Shown here: positions 9,995-19,467 of the stretch, one piece after another | How positions within the stretch are numbered: the stretch's first letter is position 1 | Layout of the letters: each line of letters begins with the position of its first letter | NCBI GenBank assembly: GCA_963662275.1 | Contig: OY759316.1 | Coordinates: forward strand, 4,288,001-4,352,000 | From: Candidatus Cloacimonadales bacterium | GTDB taxonomy: Bacteria; Cloacimonadota; Cloacimonadia; Cloacimonadales; DAONDQ01 | Direction: 5' to 3' | Length of the DNA stretch: 64,000 nt | Notes under the pieces: model-generated | What the model was told of the DNA's origin: nothing | The model's database searches: none | Seen by the model: only the letters and a program-made list of their open reading frames with translations | Program-made: the position numbers and the translations under genes

Positions 9995-10783
9995 ATGAGA
10001 TGCAGACATTGTAATGAAAAAGTGAAAGATCATGATTTCTGGTGTATATATTGCGGTCACCAAACCGGTGTTATTAAAACTTATTTAAGAGCCAAAATGG
10101 CACTCAATGAAGAATGGGAAGCCTTCACAACCTCCACTATTAAGAGTTATGGCTTTGCTATTCTGAACACCCTGGTATTCCTGATACTCGGTGGCGGAGC
10201 TTATTGGTTCAGCTTAAACGACAGCTTACTGCCAATTTCACATTTTTCTAAATACTTACTGAATAACCTTGTTTTCCTGATCGTGATTCCTTTCTTCCTA
10301 ACTCCTTTCGAAATGGCTTCTCACCTGGCTGCACAGCCTTGGAGTATGAAGGATTATTTCATTTCCCTGAAAGAGTATCCACGTTATTTCGTATTCGTCT
10401 TCTTCAATATCGTCTATTTCTTTGCCTTAAAATATATCTGCACCGGCGACCCTATCTTGCATCTCGTCAGATTTGTCATGGTACTCTACTGGATATCCAT
10501 TGTGCTACCCGCACCTGTGATTATGCAGGAACTGAAACTCAATCCCTTTCAGGTGATCGTCAAATCCTACCAGGTTGGCAGGGAAACACGCTGGCAGCTT
10601 TTCTTCCTTTGGTTCATGCTATTTGTCATCAACTTTGTTGCTCTTCTGCCCGTTGGTCTGGGTCTATTAGTCACATTGCCTCTCACTTATCGTGTGATTT
10701 ATCGTTACTATAAGAAACTGGATGAGTTTGAACTAGTTACCGAACCTGAACAAGTTTTAAATCTGAAGTCGAAACAAGCGTAG
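9995..10783 (+). CDS. Membrane protein with N-terminal zinc ribbon
   Basis: CRHC...CIYCG N-terminus, several TM helices, GLGLLVTLP near the C-terminus; GAGG RBS. Confidence 0.7.
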   Translation: MRCRHCNEKVKDHDFWCIYCGHQTGVIKTYLRAKMALNEEWEAFTTSTIKSYGFAILNTLVFLILGGGAYWFSLNDSLLPISHFSKYLLNNLVFLIVIPFFLTPFEMASHLAAQPWSMKDYFISLKEYPRYFVFVFFNIVYFFALKYICTGDPILHLVRFVMVLYWISIVLPAPVIMQELKLNPFQVIVKSYQVGRETRWQLFFLWFMLFVINFVALLPVGLGLLVTLPLTYRVIYRYYKKLDEFELVTEPEQVLNLKSKQA

Positions 10784-10939
10784 AAAAAATTAAGAATTAA
10801 TAATTGGCTGATAAGAAGTAGTTTGGAACGCTGATACCTCATCGGTGGATAGTCGAATTCTTTTCGACCTGTAACTTCAGAAGAACCAGTTAGAGTTTAC
10901 ATGAAAGCTAACCAATAAAATAGTAAGTAAATAGCAGAG

Positions 10940-11220
10940 CCGGTACATTGAGTGATTTCGACGAAGGAGAAATCGTATCGAAATAAACTGGTATGACACT
11001 GAATGATAGTGTACTGTCGTCTTCTCAATACTAACAGATGCATTTCGACTTTGTTCAATAACCATCTATTCACTCGTAGAACTCAACTTTCATCCTCGGC
11101 AGCGAAAACCTGTTTTAGGTAAGTTCAAATCTGGATTGCAGCTAACATTGGGGTTGAACTCCAAATCTCCAATAACATGGATATACACATAAGATGGTTT
11201 GGAGATTTGAAGTCCAACGA
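10940..11220. repeat. Cluster of REP/REPIN-like repeats
   Basis: 11087-11131 is the reverse complement of a module also found at about 33315-33358, 42722-42765 and 15876-15914. 11153-11218 is an imperfect inverted pair, GTTGAACTCCAAATCTCCAA ... TTGGAGATTTGAAGTCCAAC. Confidence 0.6.
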
Positions 11221-11330
11221 GTAAAGTATGGTCAGGATGGATGAAGACATATAGGTTTTCTCATTGTTTGAATATTTATCTTGACATTGAAACATCTGTT
11301 CTTAACCTATTATTAATTAAGAAGGTCATT

Positions 11331-12887
11331 ATGAAAACATCACATGTAATAGTTTTACTAATTCTATGCCTTTCTTTTTCTTTCCTCTACGGTGTGCATA
11401 CAATTTACGTAGATGGGACTACCACCTTCAATCAACAGGATGGTTCCTTTTGTTATCCCTTTAAAACAATTGGGCAGGCAGTTATATTCGATTCTCCTGT
11501 TAGAGAAAATCAACTGGTTGAAGTCAGAGATAGCATTTATTCGGAGAATGCAGATCAGAACATTCCTCCTTATGTGCATAAAACCAGAGATTATTTCGTG
11601 CTAAATCCAGATGGAAGCAACAGTATTATCTGGTGCAGCTTCCCGGTTCTGGATGATAGAACTTATGTAAATAATCAGTATCAGAATGAGATTCAAGTAA
11701 TCTTGGATAAATATTGGGCTCTTTCACCAATTACTCTCGTCTCGGCACAGTCGAAATATGGACTTGAATCAAATGATTTTAGATTTTATAATGGCCAGTG
11801 GCAATCCGGCAATTATCGGGCTTTTGCCCCTGTTGGTTTTAAAGTTCAATTTAATACTCCCTATATTGATAGTCTCCATATCAGCGGGTTATATCCTGAT
11901 GCTCATACCACTCCTCTGGCATTGACAATTCCAAGCAATCCCAATACAGTCAGAGAATATTGGCTGGGCTGGTTCCCGGAGCAGACACAAAATCTGATGG
12001 ATGCCTTTAAGAGACATATTCCCGGGGATTTGACCCATACTTATCTTGATTATCTGTATGAGATTAAGACCAGGAACTGGGCAACCCGCAGAATCATGCC
12101 CAAACCCGGCGCTGCCTGGGGAATTCCGGTCGGTCATCCCACATTATCCTGTGGTGAAATGGTGGCTGTGAAAGCTTTCAGCAATGCACCTGCTCAAATG
12201 TACTGGAATATTCCGCCAACAAGCCGTCCGCCTGTAATACGAGAGAAAGCTGAGATTTTCACTTATAAGGAGAAGCTGGATTATCTTCCTGTGTTTGTGG
12301 AGTTAGATCCGCAGGATATACCTGTAGAAGTTGGAATAATGGTGGATGGTATATGTAAAGGGGCTGCAAAAGTGGATAGTGATACCCTTGAAATAAATGC
12401 ATATTTACTGGATGAAACAAAGTCTGATCCGGAAGCGGATATAGAAATCGTATTCTCTTATGGAGATCGTGGTACAAAGTTGCAGAATAGCTGGACAGTC
12501 TTTAATCCGAATAAAATGGTCTTTGAAAAAAGGAAAATTCATCTCAGGGATATTGATTCTTATCTCTATTTCTCTTTTAAAGCGGGCGAAGGAACTCCTT
12601 TAATTCCATTAGAGACTGAATTAGATGCAAACTATCCAAATCCTTTCAATCCGGATACTCATATCTCCTTCACACTCGCCAAAGACATGCATGCCAATTT
12701 ATCCATATATAACTGTAGAGGTCAGAAGGTACGTACTCTTGTCAATGGTATCACAACGACCGGCAGGCATGATACAGCCTGGAATGGCAAAGATGATTCA
12801 GGAAGGAAAGCTGCCTCCGGTATTTACCTGTATCGTCTGGATACACCTGCATGCAAACTGACGAAGAAGATTGTATTGCTGAAGTAG
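11331..12887 (+). CDS. Secreted protein with C-terminal FlgD-Ig/T9SS-like domain
   Basis: Start moved from 11241 to ATG 11331, which gives a clean signal peptide (MKTSHVIVLLILCLSFSFLYG). Ends NYPNPFNPDT...YNCRGQKVRTL...WNGKD...SGIY...KKIVLLK. Confidence 0.8.
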   Translation: MKTSHVIVLLILCLSFSFLYGVHTIYVDGTTTFNQQDGSFCYPFKTIGQAVIFDSPVRENQLVEVRDSIYSENADQNIPPYVHKTRDYFVLNPDGSNSIIWCSFPVLDDRTYVNNQYQNEIQVILDKYWALSPITLVSAQSKYGLESNDFRFYNGQWQSGNYRAFAPVGFKVQFNTPYIDSLHISGLYPDAHTTPLALTIPSNPNTVREYWLGWFPEQTQNLMDAFKRHIPGDLTHTYLDYLYEIKTRNWATRRIMPKPGAAWGIPVGHPTLSCGEMVAVKAFSNAPAQMYWNIPPTSRPPVIREKAEIFTYKEKLDYLPVFVELDPQDIPVEVGIMVDGICKGAAKVDSDTLEINAYLLDETKSDPEADIEIVFSYGDRGTKLQNSWTVFNPNKMVFEKRKIHLRDIDSYLYFSFKAGEGTPLIPLETELDANYPNPFNPDTHISFTLAKDMHANLSIYNCRGQKVRTLVNGITTTGRHDTAWNGKDDSGRKAASGIYLYRLDTPACKLTKKIVLLK

Positions 12888-12909
12888 GGATAGACCCGTG
12901 TGTCTATCC
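12884..12909 (+). repeat. GTAG-type REP-like palindrome
   Basis: GTAG + GGATAGAC-CCGTGT-GTCTATCC, overlapping the stop codon of the upstream gene. Confidence 0.6.
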
Positions 12910-12935
12910 ATTCAAATATTGCACAGATTCAGAAA

Positions 12936-13166
12936 TAGACCCCCCTACCCCCCTTCTCAAGGGGGGATTAGAAAGTGGAGACTAAAATTAAGTTCAGATA
13001 AGGCTTAACCCCCCTTCTCAAGGGGGGATTAGAAAGGGTACTAAAATTAAGTTCAGATAAGGCTCCTTAACCCCCCTTCTCAAGGGGGGATTAGAAAGGT
13101 GAGACTAAAATTAAGTTCAGACAAGGCTCCTTAATCCCCCCTTGAGAAGGGGGGTAGGGGGGTCTA
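12936..13166. repeat. 231-bp MITE/BIME-like element with perfect 35-bp terminal inverted repeats and about 60-bp internal tandem units
   Basis: TAGACCCCCCTACCCCCCTTCTCAAGGGGGGATTA (12936-12970) is the exact reverse complement of 13132-13166. Three CCCCCCTTCTCAAGGGGGGATTAGAAAG...ACTAAAATTAAGTTCAGA units lie within. Confidence 0.9.
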
Positions 13167-13200
13167 AAGATAGCGTTCCAATTAGAATCTTGGAGAAGAT

Positions 13201-15771
13201 ATGTCAAAGACTATGTTATTGATAATACTTGCATTCTCAACAGGAATACTCTACGCTCTTACTCATACCGTAAACCTGGATGGCTCTGCCCAGTTTACTG
13301 CTGTCCAATCAGCGATCAATGCCTCTGCTACAGGAGATACTGTACTGGTATATCCGGGAAGATACTTGGAGAATATCAATTTCAATGGGCATAGCCTGAC
13401 CCTTGCGAGTTTGGAACTGACAACCGGGAATCCTGCTTATATTGATTCCACGATCATTGACGGTAATCAGCAAAGCAGTTGCATATACATAAACAGTAAT
13501 GAATCATTTGTTATCATAAGAGGTCTATTAATTACAAATGGGATAGGTTATTTATTTTCCAACAGTATTCTCCGTTATGGGGGAGGAATTTTTTGCCAAC
13601 TTGCAACAGAGTTTTCGATTATTAATTGTAATATTATTGGTAATCGAGCTGATGATGGAGGAGGAATACATTGTACTCGATCTAACATTACTTTGAAAGG
13701 AACTACTATACGTAATAACAGTGCAGCAAATGGTGGTGGCGGATTATTGTTCAACAACAATTACTTGCATCCCAATTCACTAATTTTCGATGCCCAGGAT
13801 AAATGCTCGATCTATAATAATGATGCATCTTACGGATTGGATTGCCAATTTAATTTATACAACTCTGTCCATGTGATTTTAGATACCTGCACGGTGATAA
13901 GTCCCTTGAATTATTTTATTACCGGATACGCATCCGATCCCCATATTGAGAATCCCATCACTTGTGAAGTTGAACATGCCTATATGACAGAAATCAATCA
14001 TGATCTGTATGTTGCTCCTAATGGAAATAATGCAAATGATGGCTTGTCGGAAGCATCTCCGCTTCGCTCCATATATTATGCCATGTATCATATAGCAGCA
14101 GACAGTTTAAATCCTAAGATGATTCATCTCGCACCAGGTAACTATTCATTTCCCGAAAACTATCAGCAATACGGAATACCTGTAAAAAGCTGGACAACCC
14201 TTACTGGAGAAACAAGAGAAACCACTGTACTTGATGGGAGTGGGACACAAATTCTAATCAGACCCGCAACTGGCAGCCGAAATGTTACAATAACCAATCT
14301 CACATGCAGAAATTCGAATATCAGTATTGCCCCCGATAAATCCATGAATTTGTTAATTAATAACGTCATAGTTGAAAATGCTTCAAGCGATATTGGATCG
14401 GGAATCGGTATTACCCGATGTAAGGACTTTCGAATAAAGAATACTACTGCAAGAAACAATTTTGCTTCATATGTTTATCCTGGCTTTTATTTTGGTGAAA
14501 ACAGAGGCACTAATTATCTGATTAATTGTATTTCTGAAAATAATACGAGTTTACAGGGAGATGGAAATGGCTTGAAGTATACCGATAAAGGAACGATTAT
14601 CATAGATGGCTGCACTTTCAAGGGGAATTTCAGTTCAGCAGAAGGTATGCCAACTATTTTTTCTATTGGGCGTAATACAGATGATGATACACTCAAAGTA
14701 ATAATAACGAATTCAAATATCATAGAGAATACTCAAACAGCATATACTTTTATGGCTCTAGTATCAGCCAATAACGGTATTGAAATCAGTAACTGCACTT
14801 TTGCCAATAATTCAGGAGGAAGCGCTGTGTTGGGAATAGTGGGTGATGCTGTCCTGAAGAACAATATCTTTTGGAATCCGGGTTTAACCCAGGAAGTACA
14901 GTTTCTCTATTCTCCTGATGATCCGAATAATTATGATGAGTATCTATCCAATAATATCATTCGGAATGGCATGGATGGTGTATTTTGTGATCCTTCCGAT
15001 TTCCTGCACTGGCAGGAGGGAAATATTGATGAAGAGCCGATATTCTTTGGGTGGGGAGATAACTCCTATATGATAACTTCCCTATCCTCGGGGATAGATG
15101 CCGGAACAACTGATACCACAGGATTATCGCTCTCTCCTTTTGACTTATTTGGAAATCCGAGAATAATGAATGGTTTGGGGATACAGAGCCGGATAGATAT
15201 TGGTGCTTATGAATACCAGGGTCAGATTCATGCTGGTTTTGCTGTCTCTGATACCAGTGGTGCAGCTCCTCTTGCCGTCCATTTTACAGATATGAGTATT
15301 GGTGATACCGATCATTGGGCGTGGGATTTCAATGGTGATGGTGTCCTAGATTCTGAAGAGCAGAATCCCACTTATGTTTATACAGAAGGCGGTACTTTTT
15401 CTCCCTCACTCATCGTCAGTTACGCAAATCGCTATGATAGCATTCGCAGGATGTCAATCATTACACCCGTTGCCAACCAAGACAATACAGCAGCAGCGAG
15501 GGAAGGATTATCAATATATCCGAATCCCTTTCAAAGCAGCACAACGCTGTCTTTTCATCTGAAATCACCGCAAAAAGTGAAACTGGAGATATTCAATATC
15601 AGGGGACAGAAAGTCAAGACCTTGATCAATACTTTTTTAGAATCCGGCAAGCATGACCTGGATTGGAACGGGACAGATGAAAGCAACCACCAGCTAGCTT
15701 CCGGTATCTACTTCTGTTCTTCTTACCTCGGGAATAAACATAGGATTCAGAAGCTAATCCTGGTTAAATAA
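13201..15771 (+). CDS. Secreted right-handed beta-helix protein with DUF1565-like, PKD and FlgD-Ig/T9SS-like C-terminal domains
   Basis: Signal peptide; GDTVLVYPGRYLENI; GGGI repeats; LYVAPNGNNANDGLS..PL.SI; RIDIGAYE; PKD WAWDFNGDG...NPTYVY; IYPNPF...QKLILVK. Confidence 0.85.
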   Translation: MSKTMLLIILAFSTGILYALTHTVNLDGSAQFTAVQSAINASATGDTVLVYPGRYLENINFNGHSLTLASLELTTGNPAYIDSTIIDGNQQSSCIYINSNESFVIIRGLLITNGIGYLFSNSILRYGGGIFCQLATEFSIINCNIIGNRADDGGGIHCTRSNITLKGTTIRNNSAANGGGGLLFNNNYLHPNSLIFDAQDKCSIYNNDASYGLDCQFNLYNSVHVILDTCTVISPLNYFITGYASDPHIENPITCEVEHAYMTEINHDLYVAPNGNNANDGLSEASPLRSIYYAMYHIAADSLNPKMIHLAPGNYSFPENYQQYGIPVKSWTTLTGETRETTVLDGSGTQILIRPATGSRNVTITNLTCRNSNISIAPDKSMNLLINNVIVENASSDIGSGIGITRCKDFRIKNTTARNNFASYVYPGFYFGENRGTNYLINCISENNTSLQGDGNGLKYTDKGTIIIDGCTFKGNFSSAEGMPTIFSIGRNTDDDTLKVIITNSNIIENTQTAYTFMALVSANNGIEISNCTFANNSGGSAVLGIVGDAVLKNNIFWNPGLTQEVQFLYSPDDPNNYDEYLSNNIIRNGMDGVFCDPSDFLHWQEGNIDEEPIFFGWGDNSYMITSLSSGIDAGTTDTTGLSLSPFDLFGNPRIMNGLGIQSRIDIGAYEYQGQIHAGFAVSDTSGAAPLAVHFTDMSIGDTDHWAWDFNGDGVLDSEEQNPTYVYTEGGTFSPSLIVSYANRYDSIRRMSIITPVANQDNTAAAREGLSIYPNPFQSSTTLSFHLKSPQKVKLEIFNIRGQKVKTLINTFLESGKHDLDWNGTDESNHQLASGIYFCSSYLGNKHRIQKLILVK

Positions 15772-16027
15772 CTGATTAGGGCAGTTCTTCGGATAATGGT
15801 TGATTCTGGTTAAACTGATTGTAATCTTTGGAAGTCAACTTGCCTAGATGACTATTAAGTATTAGGAAATTTTAACTTTCATTCTTGGTACCAAAAAACC
15901 TGTTTTCAGTAAGATTAAAAAGCCAAGATCGATAACTGCTATGTATGATGAAGCTACATCATTGCTGGAGATATCAAAATCAGTAACAGAAACTTTACGG
16001 TGTTACTTTGGACACTATTACTCCCCC

Positions 16028-16145
16028 AAGATACTACCAATCTAAATCCAATCCCATACAAATTCCATACCAATCTCAAACCTGTTTGCCGAAACAGGAA
16101 TGAAACAGGAATGAAACTGGTATCAAACAGGATTGAAACAGGTAT
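16028..16145. repeat. Head-to-head arrays of 11-bp repeats
   Basis: Five AATCYCATACC-like units at 16028-16082, then GAAACAGGAAT, GAAACAGGAAT, GAAACTGGTAT, CAAACAGGATT, GAAACAGGTAT at 16091-16145. Confidence 0.75.
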
Positions 16146-16365
16146 AAATATAGGGGTTCTATTGTGGTTCCCTGGAGCTAAGAAGGAGCGGAGAGTGGGG
16201 GAATTGTTCGTATCATGGCTTGTTAAGCCGTTAAAGGAAGGACTGTTAGTCTGGATCTCTTCATAGCTGATTAATGGGATAATATTCAATTTCAGATAAG
16301 AAACTGGGGATAACATCCCCTCGTTTAACAGTTTAACAAGCTGTGATACGGTTTTGAACTTTCCT

Positions 16366-16414
16366 GGGGTGCGAATACCGATTCTCCACATGCCAAATCG
16401 GAGTTTAGCATCCC
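16366..16414. repeat. REP doublet (inverted pair), also present at 42574-42623
   Basis: GGGGTGCGAATACCGATTCTCCACATGCCAAATCGGAGTTTAGCATCCC versus GGGGTGGCGAACTCCGATTCGCCACATGCCAAATCTGAGTTTAGTATCCT. Confidence 0.75.
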
Positions 16415-16653
16415 AGTTTTCATGTAAACTCTAGAAATGAAGAAGCCCCGTTATTTCTTTTTTTGGATAAGAGAAGGGGCAAGTGATTTACGGCAGTAAT
16501 CCAGATGAGTTTTCCGCTCTATACTTAAGTGAGACAAGAATTCCATGAATAGATTTCAAGCAGGTGATACAAAAATGATACAGTCTTTGTTTACATCGTT
16601 GACAGTCAAATTATGCAAACAATTGTCCGATGAAATATATTCCTGGCAGAAAT

Positions 16654-16681
16654 AAAAAAACCGCATCTGAAGATGCGGTTT
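16654..16681 (-). terminator. Intrinsic terminator of the PPIase gene
   Basis: AAACCGCATCT/AGATGCGGTTT stem with a T7 tail on the minus strand, about 20 nt after the stop. Confidence 0.75.
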
Positions 16682-16702
16682 ATCACGATTATCTAAGAGA
16701 GA

Positions 16703-18841
16703 TTATTCTTTTTCTTTTGCGGGTTTAAACTCAATATTCTTCGAAGGATTGTCTTCCTCAGGTGAATCTTTCTTGAGTTCTTCCAACATGAACTTCGCAG
16801 ATTCGTTCAATTCACCTTCCTTGAATTTATTGAGGAAGATAGTAAATTCTTTGATTGCATCATCTTTTTGCTTCAATTCTTCAGCAAGCAGAAACCCCGT
16901 CATAAACATCGCTTTGTAATCATCAGTATTATTAGGATAGCGCTTAATTATCTCATCATAATTTGAAACAGCTTCCATGAACTTGCCATTTCTTGCTGCT
17001 GTATCAGCGAGATCGAAATACTCCTTTGCGGTACGTGTGATATCTAATTTATCCGGGTATTTCTTAAAATTGAACTCGATGAGCAATTCATCAGTCACAC
17101 TCTCTCTCTTTTCTTTTTCTTTTTCTTTTTTGAGTGAAACTTGAATGCGTGATTCAACTTCAGTTAAAGTGCGATATGTGATGGGACTATCCTTGATAAC
17201 AGTAAAAAAGACCCAATCATTCTTGCTGTTTTTGAACAATGGGCTTGTTTCATTTACATTTGTATTCCACACTATGCGATTGTAGGTGGAATCTGTGCCG
17301 ATGCCAGGGATGATGTTATTCTTATAGATATTATCAATGATACCATCTTGCTCTGGTCTGATAGAAGATTTTCTAATCATGTCTAGGATGGCATCCTGTT
17401 TATTCTTCTTTATAAGAGCAAGATATTTGGGGCGCATTTTTTTCGCAGTTGCTTCGTTTTTAAAAGTCAGTTGCTGTATTTTACGTATCGGTTGAATAGC
17501 AAAACTGTCTTTATTCTTTTCATAGTATGCCTTCACATCATTATCAGTAATTTGAATCTTGTCGATGACAAGTTCGGTATAAATCTGTTGAAGAAGGACA
17601 TAGCGCTTCGTTTGAGAGTATGAATCAGCTTTGGAAACATATTGTTCGTAATTCAGCTTTTTTGCTTCCGAAGTAAATAGGTTTTTTGTCAAAACTTGAT
17701 CCAGGAATTGTGTTTTACCATTCCCTTTCATGAACATTTGCTGTTCTTGAGGAGACACCGTTTTAAAAGCATCCAGGAAGTCTTTTGCTGTCATATCAAG
17801 AGAAGGATTACTAGAAGTTATTAGCTTCTGATTCATCAGTTCAATGCTGATGTTATTATTCTTTTGATTTAATGAATCAAGAAGAACATCATTGATTTTA
17901 ACCTTATATGCTATTTTAAGGCTGTCCACGACTTGCTTGGTTAAATCACTTTCCTTCTGAGGACGTACTTTATTTTCGATATCAGCAGATACTTCATTAT
18001 ACGTCTTTTGTCTTCCGGGGACGCGAGAGATGACTTTGAAGATATGGAACCCCGTCTTTGTTTGTACCGGACCGTTTACAACCATCGAGTCAACAGGTGT
18101 TGCCATGATCAGTGAATCGAGTTGAGCATCACTTCCGACTCCGGGGACATATCCATTAAAGCGGATATTTTTTATTTTTCCTTGAAGATCCTTCGAGTAT
18201 TTGTTTGATGAATACGTTTTTACAGCATCTGTGAACGACATCCCTTTATTCAGGGAGGTGATAACTTTATCTGCTTCATTTTTATCAGCAGTTTGCACAT
18301 AAAGAATGGTGGTATTTGGATTTTCGTAGAATTTTACTTTGTTCGTGTTGTAATAATTATTTTTATCAGCTTCAGTTACGTTGATTCTGTTTTGAATATT
18401 CCGCTTGTAAAATTCTTGCATATAAAGAGGTTTGAGAGCGTCATCCATTTTTTTCATAATATCAGGATTTTTATCCAAACCTTCTTTTAATGCTTTCTGA
18501 TAGAAAACTACTTCAGTTGACATCATATCAAGAATTTGTTTTCTTCCCTGAGTCGTTTGGTATTGTGGTTGGTATTGGGCGGGGATTTTAGAAATTCTTT
18601 CTTCGACATCAGCCTTCGTTATCACACCGCCGGTATATTCAGCGACAATCGGGCTTGCAGGTTTTGTGGCAGTAGTATCTGGCGCATTTTTTTGCACAGT
18701 TGCTTTTTTTACATTGACGGTTTTTGTCCTTGCATTTTTTTCTTTTCCATTGATTTTTTGTTTTGCTGTTTGTACGGCAAAGAGGAATGATGCAGTACAA
18801 ATAAGGAAGGTCAGCAACAGGGTAATTTCTTTTTTGAACAT
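16703..18841 (-). CDS. SurA/PpiD/PrsA-like peptidyl-prolyl isomerase (two rotamase modules) with C-terminal TPR
   Basis: Signal peptide; VTEAD..YY..NK..F and ITDNDVKAYYEKNKDSF; GPVQTKTGFHIFKV; C-terminal TPR (IIKRYP...AMFMTGF). Confidence 0.8.
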   Translation of the reverse strand: MFKKEITLLLTFLICTASFLFAVQTAKQKINGKEKNARTKTVNVKKATVQKNAPDTTATKPASPIVAEYTGGVITKADVEERISKIPAQYQPQYQTTQGRKQILDMMSTEVVFYQKALKEGLDKNPDIMKKMDDALKPLYMQEFYKRNIQNRINVTEADKNNYYNTNKVKFYENPNTTILYVQTADKNEADKVITSLNKGMSFTDAVKTYSSNKYSKDLQGKIKNIRFNGYVPGVGSDAQLDSLIMATPVDSMVVNGPVQTKTGFHIFKVISRVPGRQKTYNEVSADIENKVRPQKESDLTKQVVDSLKIAYKVKINDVLLDSLNQKNNNISIELMNQKLITSSNPSLDMTAKDFLDAFKTVSPQEQQMFMKGNGKTQFLDQVLTKNLFTSEAKKLNYEQYVSKADSYSQTKRYVLLQQIYTELVIDKIQITDNDVKAYYEKNKDSFAIQPIRKIQQLTFKNEATAKKMRPKYLALIKKNKQDAILDMIRKSSIRPEQDGIIDNIYKNNIIPGIGTDSTYNRIVWNTNVNETSPLFKNSKNDWVFFTVIKDSPITYRTLTEVESRIQVSLKKEKEKEKRESVTDELLIEFNFKKYPDKLDITRTAKEYFDLADTAARNGKFMEAVSNYDEIIKRYPNNTDDYKAMFMTGFLLAEELKQKDDAIKEFTIFLNKFKEGELNESAKFMLEELKKDSPEEDNPSKNIEFKPAKEKE

Positions 18842-18966
18842 CCTTTAACTCCTTTCAGGCAAAAGTAGAGACATAGTTTTCTTTGTCTTGAAGATGGATA
18901 AAACAGTCAAGGAATTTCATAGTAAAGATAAAATACCGAAGCGAAGAAAAAAAAATGATTGACCGA

Positions 18967-18983
18967 TTGGCACACAATGTGCA
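18967..18983 (+). promoter_or_regulatory. Sigma54 (-24/-12) promoter of pilA
   Basis: TTGGCACACAATGTGCA has exact GG-N10-GC spacing and the TGGCAC core, ending 37 nt before the pilA ATG; AGGAGG RBS follows. Confidence 0.75.
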
Positions 18984-19020
18984 TTAACAAATAAGAGTAA
19001 AAAAACCCAGGAGGAACATA

Positions 19021-19452
19021 ATGTTCAGAAACATGAAAAATCAAAAGGGCTTTACGTTGATCGAAATTTTGGTGGTTGTTATTATCGTGGCGATACTAGC
19101 AGCATTTGCAGTACCAAGATATCTCCGCTATGTGGAGAAATCTCGTTCTACGGAAGCGCAGACAGCACTTCGTTCAATTCGTACAGCTTATGATGTCTAT
19201 CAGCAGACTTATGGCAGCACAGAGAACTATTCTATCGATGAAGCCTTGAAAGATTCTAAGATTGGAACAGCAACAGCGAAGAATTGGACTTTTGAAGTTG
19301 TCGGCAATCCACCTACCAAATATATTGCAACCTCCTCCGCTGATTTTGCAGCCGGTGAAGGTAAACAAGTCTATTATGATGAAAATGAAGCAAAATTCCA
19401 CGGTTATGGCATTGATGAATGGACTGATATCAATACCGGAGGAAAAGAATAA
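19021..19452 (+). CDS. pilA: Type IVa major pilin
   Basis: Class III signal KG|FTLIEILVVVIIVAILAAFAVP with E5 and P22; first gene of the cluster. Confidence 0.88.
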   Translation: MFRNMKNQKGFTLIEILVVVIIVAILAAFAVPRYLRYVEKSRSTEAQTALRSIRTAYDVYQQTYGSTENYSIDEALKDSKIGTATAKNWTFEVVGNPPTKYIATSSADFAAGEGKQVYYDENEAKFHGYGIDEWTDINTGGKE

Positions 19453-19467
19453 CCTTGGGAGGTTGTT

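Noticed and set aside
12936..13166. Possible CRISPR array
   Set aside because: The would-be spacers are near-identical and the last unit is inverted; this fits a MITE/BIME-like element.
15954..16391. ORFs 15954-16391 (-) and 16000-16266 (+)
   Set aside because: They run through the 11-bp arrays and REP repeats, lack clear RBSs or recognisable domains, and are probably spurious.
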